From positions 103,850,001-103,914,000 of the forward strand of contig OX597816.1 of assembly GCA_951406725.2 (NCBI GenBank): a stretch of 64,000 nucleotides of DNA. Direction: 5' to 3'. This DNA comes from Octopus vulgaris. Taxonomy: Eukaryota. The notes beneath the pieces are model-generated. The model was not told the DNA's origin and ran no database searches. It worked only from the letters and a program-made list of their open reading frames with translations. The translations under genes and the position numbers were made by a program. Position 1 is the first letter of the stretch. Each line of letters begins with the position of its first letter. Positions 40,397 through 55,569 of the stretch are shown here, piece after piece.

Positions 40397-42676
40397 ATAT
40401 AATATATATATATAATTGCATCTTTCTCTCCCTCACATTTCCTCTTCATAAATTATGATTGTTTTCCAATCTTCTTTCTTGATCCTCACTGCCCTGCTTG
40501 CTGAATTGCTGCTCCCCACACCCCAACACCCACATCCACACCCTATTTTTCTGCTCGGGTTCTACACCTATATTCTTGTTACTTGTGAGTATACCCTCAC
40601 ACTACACCATCTCTCTTCTGCTCACTCTTCCACTTTTGCTGTTTCCTAGTCTCTCTCTTTTGCCTTTAGTCACTCCCTCTCTCTCTCCTTTTGTTTTTTC
40701 CTCTGACTAGGTAATTAAGTATCTCCTTTACATCAGCACACTTGTTTCTGGCCTCTTTCTTGTACCTCTCTCTCACTCTCTATCTCTTTTCCCTTTCTCT
40801 CTCCCTCTCTATCTCTCTTTCTCTCTCACTGAGTAACCATGTACCCCCTCTATAACAAGACACCTATTTCTGTCTTGCTATTTCTCTGTTACACTCTAAG
40901 GTGTTAGGAAGGGCATCCAGCCATAAAATCTTAGGGTAGTTTTACAACCGACTGGCTCCTGTCAACCAGCCTACCCTTGCATGTATAGAAGATGAATGTT
41001 AAATGATGATGATGATGATGATGATATGTATATATCTATGTGTGTGTGTGTCTTTGTGCCTGTTTATCCACCACCCCCCATCACAGCTTGACAACTGGTG
41101 TTGGTGTGTTTACGCCCCCATAACTTAGCAATTTGGCAAAAGAGACTGATAGAATAAGTACTAAGTTTAACAAAATATAAGTCCTGGGCTTAATTCGTTG
41201 GACTAAAATCCTTCAAGGTAGTACTCCAGCATGGCCGCGGTCAAATGATTGATACAAGTAAATGAATAAAAGAATAAGAGAATTCCTAATAATATTTAAT
41301 TATCAAAATATAGGATTTTTTTTTTTTTTAGCATCAAATGGCTAAAAATTGGAATCAATGGAGTCCATTGGTAAAATCTAGATCAGTTGAGGAAGACTGA
41401 TGTAGATTTTACAAATTTACTGTGGAAGTATGCTAATTCTTTGATTTTACAGTTACTTTTAATTTGATATCTTAAAGATAAAATTTCAAACTATATGAAG
41501 GTTAATTTACTTTTACACCAACCTAGATTCTTTAAAACTGAATGCTGTGAAACTTTATAAACTGCTTATTACTTTACAAAGTAATTTGCAGTTTGAACTG
41601 TTAAGAATTGTCTTTGGAATGAAGCTATTTTAAATACAAAAAAGTTTAGCATTGGAATTGCTAATATAGTTATTACTGATAGCATTTTCTAAGTGGTAAC
41701 ATAGCCGATAAGGAGTGTGTCAAGTTTCTGGTTTCTCACTCAAATGCTTGGCATAAATACAAGCAGATAGTTGACCCAGTTTTGACAAGATTTATGACCC
41801 CTCAACCATCTGCTAGCATACATTGTTTTCTTCAAAAATCTATTTTAAAACAGATGGTCTGTTCTTTAGCATCTTTTACTTTATGACAATCTAATCAATA
41901 ATCTTTCTGATTTTAGACCTATATTTTGAGCATTTAATTCTAATAAGGCATAAAAATGTTTTCATATAGGAAAATATCATCATCATCATCATCCAAAATG
42001 TTTATGCTGACTTAGGTTAAATGAGTTTCACAGCATCCTGACATTGTCTGCATCATCTGTTACACATGGAAACATAGATCCTAACTAAATTTATTGTTGT
42101 ATGTTTAATAATGCAGCTGTTTGTGTTTTCTCACACCAGCCAACACAAGAGAGATTATCTGCAGCTCAACTAAAAATATTTTTTTCTATTATGTATCTAT
42201 TCTTGGTTTTTGGTTACTTACATAGGTACTCTGTCATGTGACATGTGGACTTCATTTCTTATTCACACACTTCATATTTACATAAACTGATACTGTACGG
42301 GTCTTTGGAAATCAGCTGCATTCTCATACAAGCTCAGTTAACTTGACTTATCTTGTCACTGAGAAGAGAGAGTGAGTCTGAGGTGCTTGCCATATGGCTG
42401 AAGTCACCTCCATTGATCACTAATAGTCAAACATGATAACATTAAACATCTTATTTATGTTTCCTTATTGTTTTATCACTTCCTTTCATTTTTGTTCCAT
42501 TTGATGAATGAACTTTAATTTACACTCACACACAAGTGTTAAACTGAGGTTATTATTTTAAAGCAAGTTTAAGAAAAATAACAGAACATTTACTGATTGA
42601 AGATTCTGTATTGAAAATTGAGTCAAATTTATTGCAGTGTTTGGGTAGACTGGGGCATTATATGTGTGTGTGTGTG

Positions 42677-42711
<35 letters not shown>

Positions 42712-45700
42712 ATATATATATATATATATATGTCACTCGCACACACACATAAACTATGTATATTTTGAGAGAGAGAGAGAGAGAGAACAATAGGTGTTTC
42801 AGAGTAAGAGAAAGTAGAGAATATGTAATTCTCAGGATCAGAATATTAAGTTTAAAAAATTTTAGGCACACTACATTTTTGAAAATATAGATTATTCTTT
42901 TAACAGATAGATACATCGAAGGTGGTTTATATCAACGTAGAAAAATCAATATTAATTTATGCGATGTTTCCAATGAAAAGGCTTTGCCCATAGCTTATGG
43001 TGGCTTTCCTTAAGCAGAGACTTCAAAAATGATTGCAGCAAATAAGGTTTTGTTTGAACATTAAATGTTAGTAATTGGAAGCAAGATATAGAGAGAATTG
43101 GCTAAGAGGAAATTTTGTTTGATGTTGGATTAGGTATAAACATGGCGTTATATGAAGAGGTAGAAACAGAAGTGCAGTATTTAGTTTTGAGTGATGTTGG
43201 ATAGAGCCAACAGATGGTGAGGAGCAGAAAATGTGTAAATAGTGGAAAAGGTAAAGAAAAGATTAATATTTTAACTGATCAAACAATTAGGATGTGAGTG
43301 AAGTTTATCAATCAATTCATGGATTTAGTGAAGGTGCTTGTGAACTGATGACAATGGTAATGAAATATCCCACCAAACTAATTATTTCCTTTGATCACAA
43401 ACTAATTCACATTTCATAAATCATCTTCACTCCATTACTGATACTTATGTTATTGAATTCCAAATAAAAAGGTCAAGCAAAGAAGAATTTTGACTCAGAA
43501 GGAGACATCAATCTGTTTCTATAATGCTTGTAGCTAATTCTCTTAAATAATATTTCAACTTCATTTTTGTCTGTTTCATGTCTATTTTCTGTATCATTTA
43601 TTTATATTATCCATGATGTAATTTCAGGTGCCTTGCTTTACAAATGTAAAATATATCAGCCATATTATTTTGTAGATCTAAAAAGAAATAATAATAAAGC
43701 CACCAAACTATTGCCAACATGAATTGATATTAGTTCTACTGGTTAGGAACTACCAAGTAATATAATGAAGTAATCATGACAAAAAATATTACGTATCCTC
43801 CTTCTTGAAACAGAAACTCATTCCATGTCCATTTTAATAGCTATTTTTTCACTTACTTTATACCTTTACATTCCCAGACACTTAGACAAACCTTCTAATC
43901 CATACAGCTTTTGGAAAAACAGATGTTAACACATCAAAGTGACTACTAATAACAGTGATAATGATTTTTCTTTCAGAATATTTTCATTATATGAAATATT
44001 TTTTCTTACAAATGTTTATTGTGAAAGCTAATTTCCTTGTCAATATATTGATTCTAAACAGATTTTGTGCACTCAGTCAACAAACCTATGTAACATGCTT
44101 TCCACTGTACTACTAATTCATTTCGAACTGAATTTAGACAAGCCATTTGTTATCATTTTTGTCTTTTTTTTTTTCCTTTCTTTTTAAATGCATTTGATGT
44201 TGACATTGGTTTCACTTGATGTTTGTAGTGGCACAGAATATATTTTGATACAGAAATTCTACAGTGACTGAATATATGTTTGGAAAAGTCCAAAGTAACA
44301 ATTAATGTTACGTTACCAATTCTATATGAGAATGTATTTGTTTAGTTTTCCTTTCTAAAATATAACATTAACTTGAGAAATTGACTGATTGCCTCAAATA
44401 TTATATTTCTATTGCTAAACTGGCTAACTGAAACAGAAGGTATTGCTTGGGTATCACTAAACCTAAAATCAATGATTTCTTCACAACATTTTTGCTTCTG
44501 ATTTCTGTTCTTCTCTCAATGTTTTGTGAATCTTTCCACATCTTCAAAACTTTTGTTCCTTAGCTAATACTTGCATTTCAGCTTATTTTCCATAGTCCGT
44601 AATTGTCATTATCATTATAATAATGATCAACCTTGTTGTTGACACTGGTGCTCTCTTCATTATTACTATCCTCATCATCACCACCACCACCTTTGCTACC
44701 ACTGCCATCACCACCACTACCACCATCATCATATCATCATTAACATTATGTTAATACTTAAATTTGCAATGTGGTTGTGTCTAGATCATAAATACAAACA
44801 CACAAATGGTAAGTTCTCTTTTGTTTCAAGTCATAACTTCAGAATGTATATACTCAAAAATTCTTAAAAGTATTTCCCACCTTGAGATCTAGAACTCATC
44901 AACTGCATAGATTTTAGATATTCTTTTCATAAATTTGACTTGATCTTTACAAATTAGCATATCCAACAAATATATATAATGAACATAATTAACCCCAACC
45001 CCAAAGAAAAGTAAATAAAATAACGAAAAAAAATTAGTAGCAAAGTCAGTTACTGACTTATTTTCATTTTGGGATGGATGAGAAGGGAAATAGGGGAGAA
45101 AACTTCAAACCTGCTTTGGTGTTATTTTAACCTCATCAGCAAAGCCTTGCTGAAACAGTAAAGAAAGAAACACTAAGTAAATTGGCTGATGAAGGAAAAT
45201 AGAATTCTTTAAATATACTAATACCAAATTAACTATTGTTTTTCTAGTAGATGGATCAAATAATTACAAGAAGTTTTGCTAACATTCTTATTATTTCACT
45301 ATTGTAAGAGATTAGGTCAACTATTTATTTAACCATTTATTTAAAAGGTTCAGTTGAAAATCTAAAAGTGTCAGTTGAAAATCAGACAGTCAATGTAATT
45401 ATTAAGTTTGAAAAAATATGCATGGCACTCATAACATTAATTGGTCTTGTAAAACTGGGATGGTAGATATAACCGATGGTCTACACAAAAATATGGATGC
45501 TGAATCTCCATAACAAAAATGTAAGGATAAAAAGAGTCCTACAGAACTGTGGTTTTGGGGAGAAAGATTTGAGTGAAGTGTTTTGAAGAAGGTACTGATG
45601 CTGTTTAAAGTGAGATCAACCTTGATTCAAATTATGTATTACTAAAGGTATTTCAGCTGTGTGAATATGCATAGTCTGGTAGTTAGAATATTTAGCGCAT

Positions 45701-48609
45701 AATTTTAAGGTCTTAGGATCAATTCCTTGAGCAGAAAGCAGATTGTGTTCTTGAACAAAGCTATTTAATTTACTGCATGTACGCGCACACAGACTCACAC
45801 ACACTCTGTGACTCTAAGTGTGTTCGTGTGTGTGAGTGCATGCCTATGCGTGTACATTGGTAGATTGGAGGGTTTCATTTATTTACAACTTGATTTCTTA
45901 ATTTCACTAGAGTATAAATACCTATAATGGTGACACTTATAAAAAAAAATGAATTCAGTTCAATTAAAAAGCATGGGTAAGTAACGCATTTTAAGCCACA
46001 CTATAATTTGTGAAAAAATGTATCTGCGCACAGGATATGCATCACCCTTTCCATGCCCTTTTTTTCATTATTATTGATTTGACTCAGGTTCATTCTTATT
46101 CCTGGTAGATTTTATATTGGTAGCAGGTTACTACCTGTAACCTTAGGTATACAAAATCTTTCACTAGTCTTTCAAGTGCTGAAAACCCTCCTGACAATAC
46201 TTCCTGTGCCTAAGAGGCAAACTTTCTTTAGAAGCTCTACAGGACATTCTATTCCAATCTCTGTCAACCATTTTTCTATATCTTTAGTCTCAGTTCTCAG
46301 TGCAACAATTATTACAGACACAACTGTTACAATTTTCGTTCTCCAAATTCTTGCAATTTCAAAATTTTAAGGAATTGTATTATTATTTTAAGGGATTATA
46401 TCATATTTATTATTATTAATATTACATTCACACATCCATTACAAATAGATGCAAAGCACTCATACATAGAAATCAATTGGAGTGACACACCTCCTCTTCA
46501 TCACCATCATAATCATCATCATCATCATTATTGAGATCAGTCATTAATTTAATATTATCAGTTAGTTTACCTGATTATGGAACTCTGATATAGTTACTGT
46601 GTCTAGAATTCTGTTACTAGAATTCAAAACTAAATATTCCTATAATCTTTCCCTCCTATCTTAAGCAACAGCAATGAATAACAACACTTAAAACTATGGC
46701 AAGTAATAATATAAAAATAAACGTCACCATAATAATTTAACATCAATACTGAAACAGTTGTGTGTGAATCTGTGTGTGTGTATGAGTAAAAACAGTGTTA
46801 TTAATAACATTGTACAAGAAATCAATGATGACAATAGATTTATATATAAATGGTGGGGCTAGGGTAACCCCCAAAATTTCCTTCATTTATTTAAAATTAT
46901 TTGTATTTGAAATGTTATCATAATAGTTGATATTCTTTCATTGAATAATTTCAATTACTGTACCTCATGATGAAGTCTTGATATACTTATCCAAACTACT
47001 AGAGACTGCAACTAATTCATCCTCCTCTTTTAAATGACAATGAATAACAGCCACAAAGTATTTTAAACCTCCTCATACAGTCATACTCCCTCATTTCCAA
47101 TTAATAATAACACAATAATAACTCACTAACGATTCCACTTACACAGTAACACTAAAAGTAATTCTTAATTGCAAGCAAAATATAACACCTTTGTCAAACA
47201 ATGGCTAGAACAACAATGTGAAAGAGACCAGCAACAATAACAACAGACACAAAGATGCATGTGTGGTATTTTAATGTAGACCAGAAGTAACAAAGCAGTG
47301 AATAGACATCAAGATAGAAACAGGAAGTAGACACCACAGTGAATAAGAGTTTGTTGCTTGATTTTAGTGAAAATGGTTGTTGATGAAGTATTAAAAATAC
47401 ACCATAAAAAGTTATATTTTTATGAAAATATATTAAGACTGGAATTACTAAGACTATTCATTTGAATAGGAAGGCTGCTTGGGGAAAGTTTACAGAGATA
47501 TAAATACTAATTGCCTCTTATTCCACTGTAATATAGATAATACTTTGACAATTTTTGACAGAAGTTATATTTTCTAATTTTTTCAGTTCTTCCTTGCATT
47601 ATATTATATAATGTATAATGTGTTTAGCTTCTGGCTGTTCCTCTTAGACATACCACCATGTTTATGTAGACATCTGATATTTCAAAAGTAGGTAAATTCT
47701 CAATTTTGGATTTTTGGATATATATTATAGTGATTTTATTGTTTCTATATGCACAAACATACATATTTTAAACTATTGAAATTAAACTTAGCTGTAATTG
47801 ATGAAACTTTTGATCAAAACTTACCTATTGTGACCACCATTCTTGATTTTTCTTTCTTTCTTGTCAATGGATAATATAGAGGCTCCATTGTTAACTGATT
47901 TTCACTGAGATGTGATGCAATAGAGCTGTAGATTAAAAGTAAAGGTATTGCATTGTGTGAAGTTGAACAGAGATTGTTTACAACTTTCTACTTTAGTACT
48001 TCACATCACACTTCAAAGGCTATGCATTTGCAGTTCTAGAGCAAGATATTGCTACCTAATGAACAAAAGAGACTGAAACTATTTGAGCTCCAAAGTGCAA
48101 TCAAAAATGTTTTGTCACATTCTCCTGGAAGATATCACACTTGATCCACTGCTGTCCAAAAATATCATCACAATATTACTTCCTAGAGTAATATGATGTC
48201 AATGAAACAATATACAATCCAATAGAAAAAAAAAACTGTTCTGGAGTAGAGAAGAGAATTGTTATAGAATACATGCATAAACATCATTGGTGGAACATTC
48301 CATCAGACCGTCTACTTAGTGCAATCATTATAGACCAGATATAGTTTTTTGGAATATACAAGAAAATGTATGGATTATCATAGTGGTCTGCTACCCAGCT
48401 GATGTGAATATTTATATGTGAAAATCAAGGAGAAATAAGATATCTATGGACAACTGCTTCAAAACCTTCAACTTTTGTGCCCAGGTTATAAATTTACATT
48501 TATCAATAGTAACTAGTGCGTTTGGTTTTGTGAGTAGATACCTAAGAGACAATTTGGAGAAGCAAAGGTTTTAGGAAAAAACAGTCAACTAGGTAACTCA
48601 CACATTACA

Positions 48610-48844
48610 CAGGGTGTTCAAAAAGTCTGTCGGCAGTAAGTATTTTATTGCAAAATAAATATTTATAAGACAGTATAAGACTACAAAAGAATATATTAAA
48701 CTTTACAAGACTTTAAAAAACTTTATAAGCAATGTTGAAAGTGTCATCCTTCATTTTCAATACTTAAGTCGACTCTTCTACACATGTTTCAAAATACATC
48801 TTGGAGAGAAAAATTCACTGTGGAGAGACTTTTTGAACACTCTA
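48610..48844. mobile_element. Tc1/mariner-type MITE
   Basis: TIRs cagggtgttcaaaaagtct / agactttttgaacactcta; no coding capacity. Confidence 0.75.
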
Positions 48845-49736
48845 TATATATATAACCTGTAAGTGGAACAGTATAAACACAGAAACCTTTTCTCAAGTTC
48901 AACATGTAACATTGTTTTCTTTTTTTTATCGACATTCCAATGATAGAACATTGAATCTTTGCTAGAAACCAGCTATTTTTAATAATTTGAGGTCTTTCTG
49001 TAAGAATTTCTAACAGTAAGACCTCAAATAATTAAGAGAACAAACATGCATTCAATAAGTTGTACAGAGAAAATTTGTAAAAAAAAGTTCAGATATTCTC
49101 TATTTAAGGATCCTGGATCAAACCTGTTCACTCAATCACATGAACATGTAGAAAACAAACCCAGACACACTCATGCATATATAACCAATAATGAAGCATA
49201 CACATATGTATATTAAAGTGACATGCATACTCACGACATGAGTAGAAGTTTATCCAAATGTGTGCACACACCAACCAATTCAAATCTTCACAGTGCCCCA
49301 AGAGCTATCTTGATTTAAATAAAAGAGCTTTGTCACTTTGTTAATAACTGGTTTGAATTCTGTAAAACATATACATATGTATACATATATACATACATGA
49401 ATGAATAAATGATAAGCTTTCACAGTTTCCATTTAGTTTTCATTTATTACACTCTACTGACAAAGTATTGGTCCATCTGAAGTAAAACCAAAAGACATTT
49501 TCCCAATGTACTGCACAGTGGAATCAAAGTTGGAATCACACAGTTGCAGAATGGACTTCTTAACCACTCTGACATGCCTGTATATTATATTAAATCTACA
49601 ATGAGCTAAAGTCCATAAGGGAAAGGCATTCAGAAAGATACTTGTTAGTCACCAACATTCTGCTCTAATACCTAGCAGGGTCTATTGTTGAGGAATCTAG
49701 TAAATATGTCAACTTCAATAAATAAGTTATATGTCA

Positions 49737-49772
<36 letters not shown>

Positions 49773-51332
49773 TTTTAATGTCCATTGTCCATGCTGGCAT
49801 AAGTTGGATGGTTTGACCAGGGCTGGCAATCTGGAAGGCTGCACCAGAATCTGGACAAGCAGTGTGAAAGGAGAGAGAGTATGATGTGAGAAACAGAGTA
49901 ATAGGTGTGAAGAAGTGTGAGAGGAGGATGTAATGAATGAGAGACTATATGTTGATGGTTGGTTAGGAGAGTGAATAGAAAAATAGCATGAGTGGCATTA
50001 TGATAAAAGAAAAAGTGAGAGAGAGAGCACAGTTAGACGGCAGAGGGAGTAATGGAAGTGAGATACAGTTGAGGAAGGTAGAGAGTGAGAAAGAATGGTA
50101 GGAGAAAGACTGAGAGAGCAGTATATGGCAAGTAGAATAGAAAGGAGTAATATTGGAGACAGTGAGAGATAGTGTACAGGTGATAGTAGAGAACCAGTGC
50201 CACTCTAGGCACTAGCCATACACACACACATCATCATTTTAATCTACATTTTATTCTGGTGTGGGTTGGATGAGTTGTCATTGTTTGAATCTTTTCTTAA
50301 TGGAAGTTCCTGCTCTCATATACTGGAGTCTGAATGTGTTATTTTGGTTTGGTTTCTGTGTCTGGATACACTTCCTATTATCAACCACTTTACAAAGTGT
50401 ATTGGGTATATTTTGTCAACTCTCCCTTACATTTCCTTGCTCACTAATCATTCTAGATGTGCATTGATGTCATAAGAATTTTATAAACTTTTGAGAGAAC
50501 ATGATATAATTCTTTCTTTGGATCAGTGAATCTTGAAGCATACCTAAACCTATGAATAATATTTACATATCATTTATAGCTTTATGTGCTTTGAGATCCA
50601 CAATTTCTAAAAAGATAGACAAATATATGTACACACACACACACACACACACCTGGTTTTTCTCAGTTACCTTTATTACCCCACTCAGTTACCTTCTTCC
50701 CCCCGCCTACAAACTCTACCATTCACCTCCTTTCTGTGCCTTCTCCTATCTGTGCTTTCTCTCCCTTTCCTGTGCTGCTTTACATCATCAACTCCTTACA
50801 TATCTGATATCACCCTCAATGCCCTCACATAACTGCTGCAAACCTTGCCTCCTGAGTCTCTTCTGTATTTCTCTCCATCATTTGGTACAGTTATCCCATC
50901 TTGCTCACTCACCCAGCCCAAGTCTCCATATCACCTCACCTATTCTCACCACCCCCAATGTCCTTTGAGGGCTCGTCTCAAAATATCTTTACCATCATCT
51001 CTCTCACTATCAGTCTCTTTATTTTACTCTGCAACTTGCTTTCCTTTATTTTCTAACTGGAGTATCCATGCAGCTACTCTACTGCAAGACATCTGTTTCT
51101 GTCCTGCTATACCTTAATCCTTTCATTTGGCACAAAGCCACACACCCTCAAAACTACCCTGCTCCCAGCTAGGGGGTTCTGTTTTGCTAGGTACTTGCTG
51201 ATCCTGTTGGGGTTAGTGCCACATAAAAAGTACCCAGTACACTCTGCATCCAACTCATGCAAGCAGGGAAAACTGATGTTAAATGATGGTGGAGATGAAT
51301 GATGATATATTGGCCCACCTTCTCTCTCTCCC

Positions 51333-51363
<31 letters not shown>

Positions 51364-51412
51364 ATGTATATGTGTGTATATATATATATACTTTCATAGG
51401 GGGGGAAATAGA

Positions 51413-51595
51413 GAGAGTGGGCCAAAAGTCACACACCAGAATTTTCAACATTTTATATTACATCATCATCATTTTTATCATTATTATTATTTTTATTCAT
51501 TTTGTTCATCATATACATGTATATGTGTAGTCATTATTTTACTTTATTCAATTTTGGTCAGTATTGAACTTATTTTGTGTGTGACTTTTGGTCCA

Positions 51596-51599
<4 letters not shown>
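51413..51599. mobile_element. Tc1/mariner-type MITE
   Basis: TIRs gtgggccaaaagtcacacac / gtgtgtgacttttggtccac. Confidence 0.65.
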
Positions 51600-51642
<43 letters not shown>

Positions 51643-51679
51643 TATATACATATATGTACATACATACATATATATATAT

Positions 51680-52645
51680 ATGCATATATGGGTACAGGAC
51701 ATCACAAAACATAAACAACATGAAATATGAAGACATACTTTGGTATGTGAACAACAAGAGAAACAAATGGAAAACAAGACAATTACCATAAAAAAAACAC
51801 CCTTCTTCAGTTGTCAGATGTCCATCTACTCCTCATATCGAGCAAATAACGACAATATGAGGCTTTGAAAAGGCAGTTGCTCCTGCAGACCAAAATAAAT
51901 TTTGGGATTTGTGGAGGGTCAAAGTTGGTAACCAAAACAGGACAACAAACCATATGCAAACAAACATGGAGGGCTGTTAGGCCAGTCGAGGTAAGGTAGT
52001 GAGCACTGGAGGAATATTGTCTTTGACAAGAGAAAAGATAGAAAGGATACAGATAAGAATGTGTCTGGTCTGTAAGATAGACTGAAAGAAAAGAAAGATG
52101 ATCACGTGAGGAAAAGAAAGATGGACGATGATCATGTGTAAGCAATGAGAGAGAGTAAAGGAGAAAGAGGGAGAGATATAGAAAATGGTCAAGTGGAGAA
52201 AAAAGAATTAGAGAAAGGATGAGAGAGAAAAGAATGAAAGGGGGAGAAAAAAGAATTAGAGAAAGGAAGAGAGAAAAAAATGAAAGGGGGAGAGAACAGT
52301 ACAGGGTAGAGGTGCATCAAAATTATTAAGATGAACTTACTTGGAAATGGACGCGTTGTGTTCAATCATATAATAATATGAATAAAATGATATATATGCA
52401 TATATACATACATATATATGTATATATATATACATATATGGGTACAGGACATTACAAAATATAAACAACATGAAATACAAAGACAAACTTTGGTATGCAA
52501 ACAATGAGAGGAACAAATGGAAAACAAGACAAGTACCATAAAAAATAACCCTTCATCTGTTGTCAGCTGCTCATCTACTCCTCATTTTGAGCATTGTTTT
52601 CATATTTCATGTTGTTTACATTTTGTGACGTTCTGTACCCATATA

Positions 52646-52681
<36 letters not shown>

Positions 52682-52708
52682 ATACATACTTATGTATGTA
52701 TGTGTACA

Positions 52709-52757
<49 letters not shown>

Positions 52758-52798
52758 TATTATATGATTGAACACCACACATCCATTTCTAAGTAAGT

Positions 52799-52805
<7 letters not shown>
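51680..52805. mobile_element. Direct-plus-inverted repeat element in (TA)n (Penelope pLTR-like architecture)
   Basis: ~51680-51845 repeats at ~52430-52593; ~52600-52650 inverts its start; ~52330-52375 inverts at ~52755-52804. Confidence 0.5.
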
Positions 52806-52884
<79 letters not shown>

Positions 52885-52886
<2 letters not shown>

Positions 52887-53570
52887 CTGGTGCAGGCTTC
52901 TGCCTTGCCAGCTCTTGTGAAACTGTCCCACCCATGCCAGCATGGGAGGCAGACATTAAACGATGATGATGATGATATATGTATATATATTTGTATGTAT
53001 GTGTATACATGATACGCATCTTTCAGTTTCCATTTACCAAACCCATTCACAAGGTTTTGGTCAGTCAAAGAATGCAGTAGAAGATACTTGCCCAAGGTGC
53101 TCTCAGTGGGACTGAACCCAGAACCATGTGGCTGGAAGGCAAGCTTCTTAACACACAGTCACATGCACACGTGGTAAGTAGCTTGCTTACCAACTACATG
53201 TTTCCAGGTTTATTTCCACTGCATGGCACCTTGGGCAAGTGTCTTCTACTATAGCTTCGGGCTGACCAAAGCCTTGGGAGTGGATTTGGTAGACAGAAAC
53301 TGAAAGAAGCCTGTTGTATATATGTATATATATATATGTATGTGTGTGTATATGTTTGTGTGTCTGTGTTTGTCCCCCCACCAACATCGCTTGACAACCA
53401 ATGGTGGTGTGTTTACATCCCCGTTACTTAGCGGTTCGGCAAAATAGACCGATAGAATAAGTACTAGGCTTCCAAAGAATAAGTCCTGGGGTCGATTTGC
53501 TCGACTAAAGGCAGTGCTCCAGCATGGCTACAGTCAAATGACTGCAACATGTAAAAGAGATAAAAGAGAA
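52885..53570. mobile_element. Head-to-head pair of same-family SINEs
   Basis: Minus copy ~52885-53162, plus copy ~53170-53570. Confidence 0.75.
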
Positions 53571-55569
53571 AAACAATATATACATACACGCTCACACACA
53601 CATATATCATATTGCGTGTGTGTATAACATCTGTATAACACATCTTGTCTTACCCTAATTTATACAGTGCATGAATATATAAACTATCAATAGTACTGCA
53701 ATTATTATTATTTGTCTTTCATTTTCTAACATTTTGCTTGCAGCTGGAATTATTATGTATCAGGTTAATAATCCATATCTTGCTAACTAAAAGTACTTCT
53801 GCCAGCTATCTGTATCAGTGTCTCCAATCTTATTCCAGCCTCCACTCACTCTATGCTTTAAGCCTATAGAAATTGATTCTATAATTCTTGTTTGCTAATC
53901 ATGTTTTATATGATGTCTTTATATGATGTTTTTTTTTTGTTTTAAATCTTTGCTCTCAATGATGTTTCTGGCACCAGTGCCATAGTATTATAAGACATAT
54001 GTCTGGCACCAGCCTCTTTGCCATTAATTTGTTTCTCATCATCACCTTTTCTTCATTGTTATATTAATTGATATATGAGAATGTATTGCTCAATTTTCTT
54101 TCTATATGACCTTATGACCTCCTTTATCCAGCCCAGGGCCACGCTACTTTCTTCATCTTGAATTCTTTCTCACTTTCTTTCTTTTTGTTGATAACTCCTA
54201 TACAGCATATATTACTCTTTAAACCACCAAAAGATATCAAAGCATATCTGTATTTCAATCTATACCCTCCATCAAATGTCATATGTATGTATATCTACAC
54301 ACACACACATGCATGTGTGTGTATTTATATATGTATGTACACAGTGTGTGTGTGTAATATCATCTGGATAATAACCTATAATGTGCATTTCAAAGCTTCT
54401 CTACATTTATCGGCTACCATATGCAATCATACAACAGGAATATTCCTTTTCCTGAATATAAATGTGGAAATCCATTACTGTATGCAGATTTTATATAAAA
54501 AGAGAATTATTATACAAGAAGATGTAATGAACAGGCTTTATTCCAAATCACAAATTATTTCTGTGCATTAGCAACAACTGTCAGTTGCTAAGTGTTTCAC
54601 ATATTATACTTATTATCATAAAAATATTATATACATATCAATATGATCAGCTATAGCTATGCACTTGCACATCATCAGGTGAGTGGTTTTGAGAGTACTT
54701 CTGGATCACCTATAGTTTCCCATTGTTTTATAGCAATATCATATTTTTAGTATTCCCTTGGTAAAGAGCAGCACACAGATCCAAATTGGCACAAGTCGTA
54801 TAAAATACCAAATAGATTAATAGAAATAAAAATCAAACATGTAAATTATGAAATAAATAGATTAAAATTAATCAATGGAAATTTAAAAAATCAAATATAT
54901 AATATATTTATTAACGAAACTTCATATTCAGTTTTTTCTTTAGCATAGATGTATCTTGCTTATTATGAAGATAGATTAGCACTCTAACATAATAATATTG
55001 TCAAAATATAAACTAGAAGCATATACCTGTTAAATATTGAATAATACCTAAAAGATTTAGGGAAATGTCTATCGAATGTGGAGAAAAGTTTTCTAGCAAT
55101 TTGAAGAGTCATATGGTGAAATTATCACATGCAACATCAAATAATTTTAAATACCATATTCATAAAGCTGAATATAACAATTTTAGACTCTAAAAATATA
55201 ATCTGGAATAACACAGGTCCGAAGTGTAGGAAAGACCATAATGCTGTGGAGCAAAATCTTGATAGTCCATGTGATCCTAATATAAGTGTATATATCAACA
55301 TTAGTGTAGATAATAGGAGTAGCAACAGGAATAGCACTGGGAATGACAGCAATGAGAATAATGGAAATAAAAATAGTAATAATAACAGCAATAACTATCA
55401 AGAGGAAAGATATGAAAACGAATACAAGGAGCAACCTGGTTGCAAATATTAATATAAAAAATGAAATTGTTGAGATAAGAAAGCATGTCCTTTGGTGAAT
55501 GAATGTTTATGTAGAAATGTTATATATAAATGTACAGTAAAAACAAGTGCATATATATATATGCACTCA

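Noticed and set aside
43628-43645. 18-nt microexon candidate VPCFTN
   Set aside because: Weak donor (AAT|GTAAAA); not distinguishable from chance.
44785-44808. 24-nt microexon candidate IINTNTQM
   Set aside because: Good donor but a poor pyrimidine tract, next to simple repeats.
46965-47020. ATGATGA-agtct..agact-GCAAC
   Set aside because: Two non-compensated core changes and no stem I; at best a relic.
48100-48420. Possible RTE reverse-transcriptase relic
   Set aside because: Resemblance too faint to support without a profile search.
51800-51845. Minus-strand CTGAAGA/CAGATGA motifs in the 51.7-52.6 kb repeat
   Set aside because: Could not build a three-stem junction.
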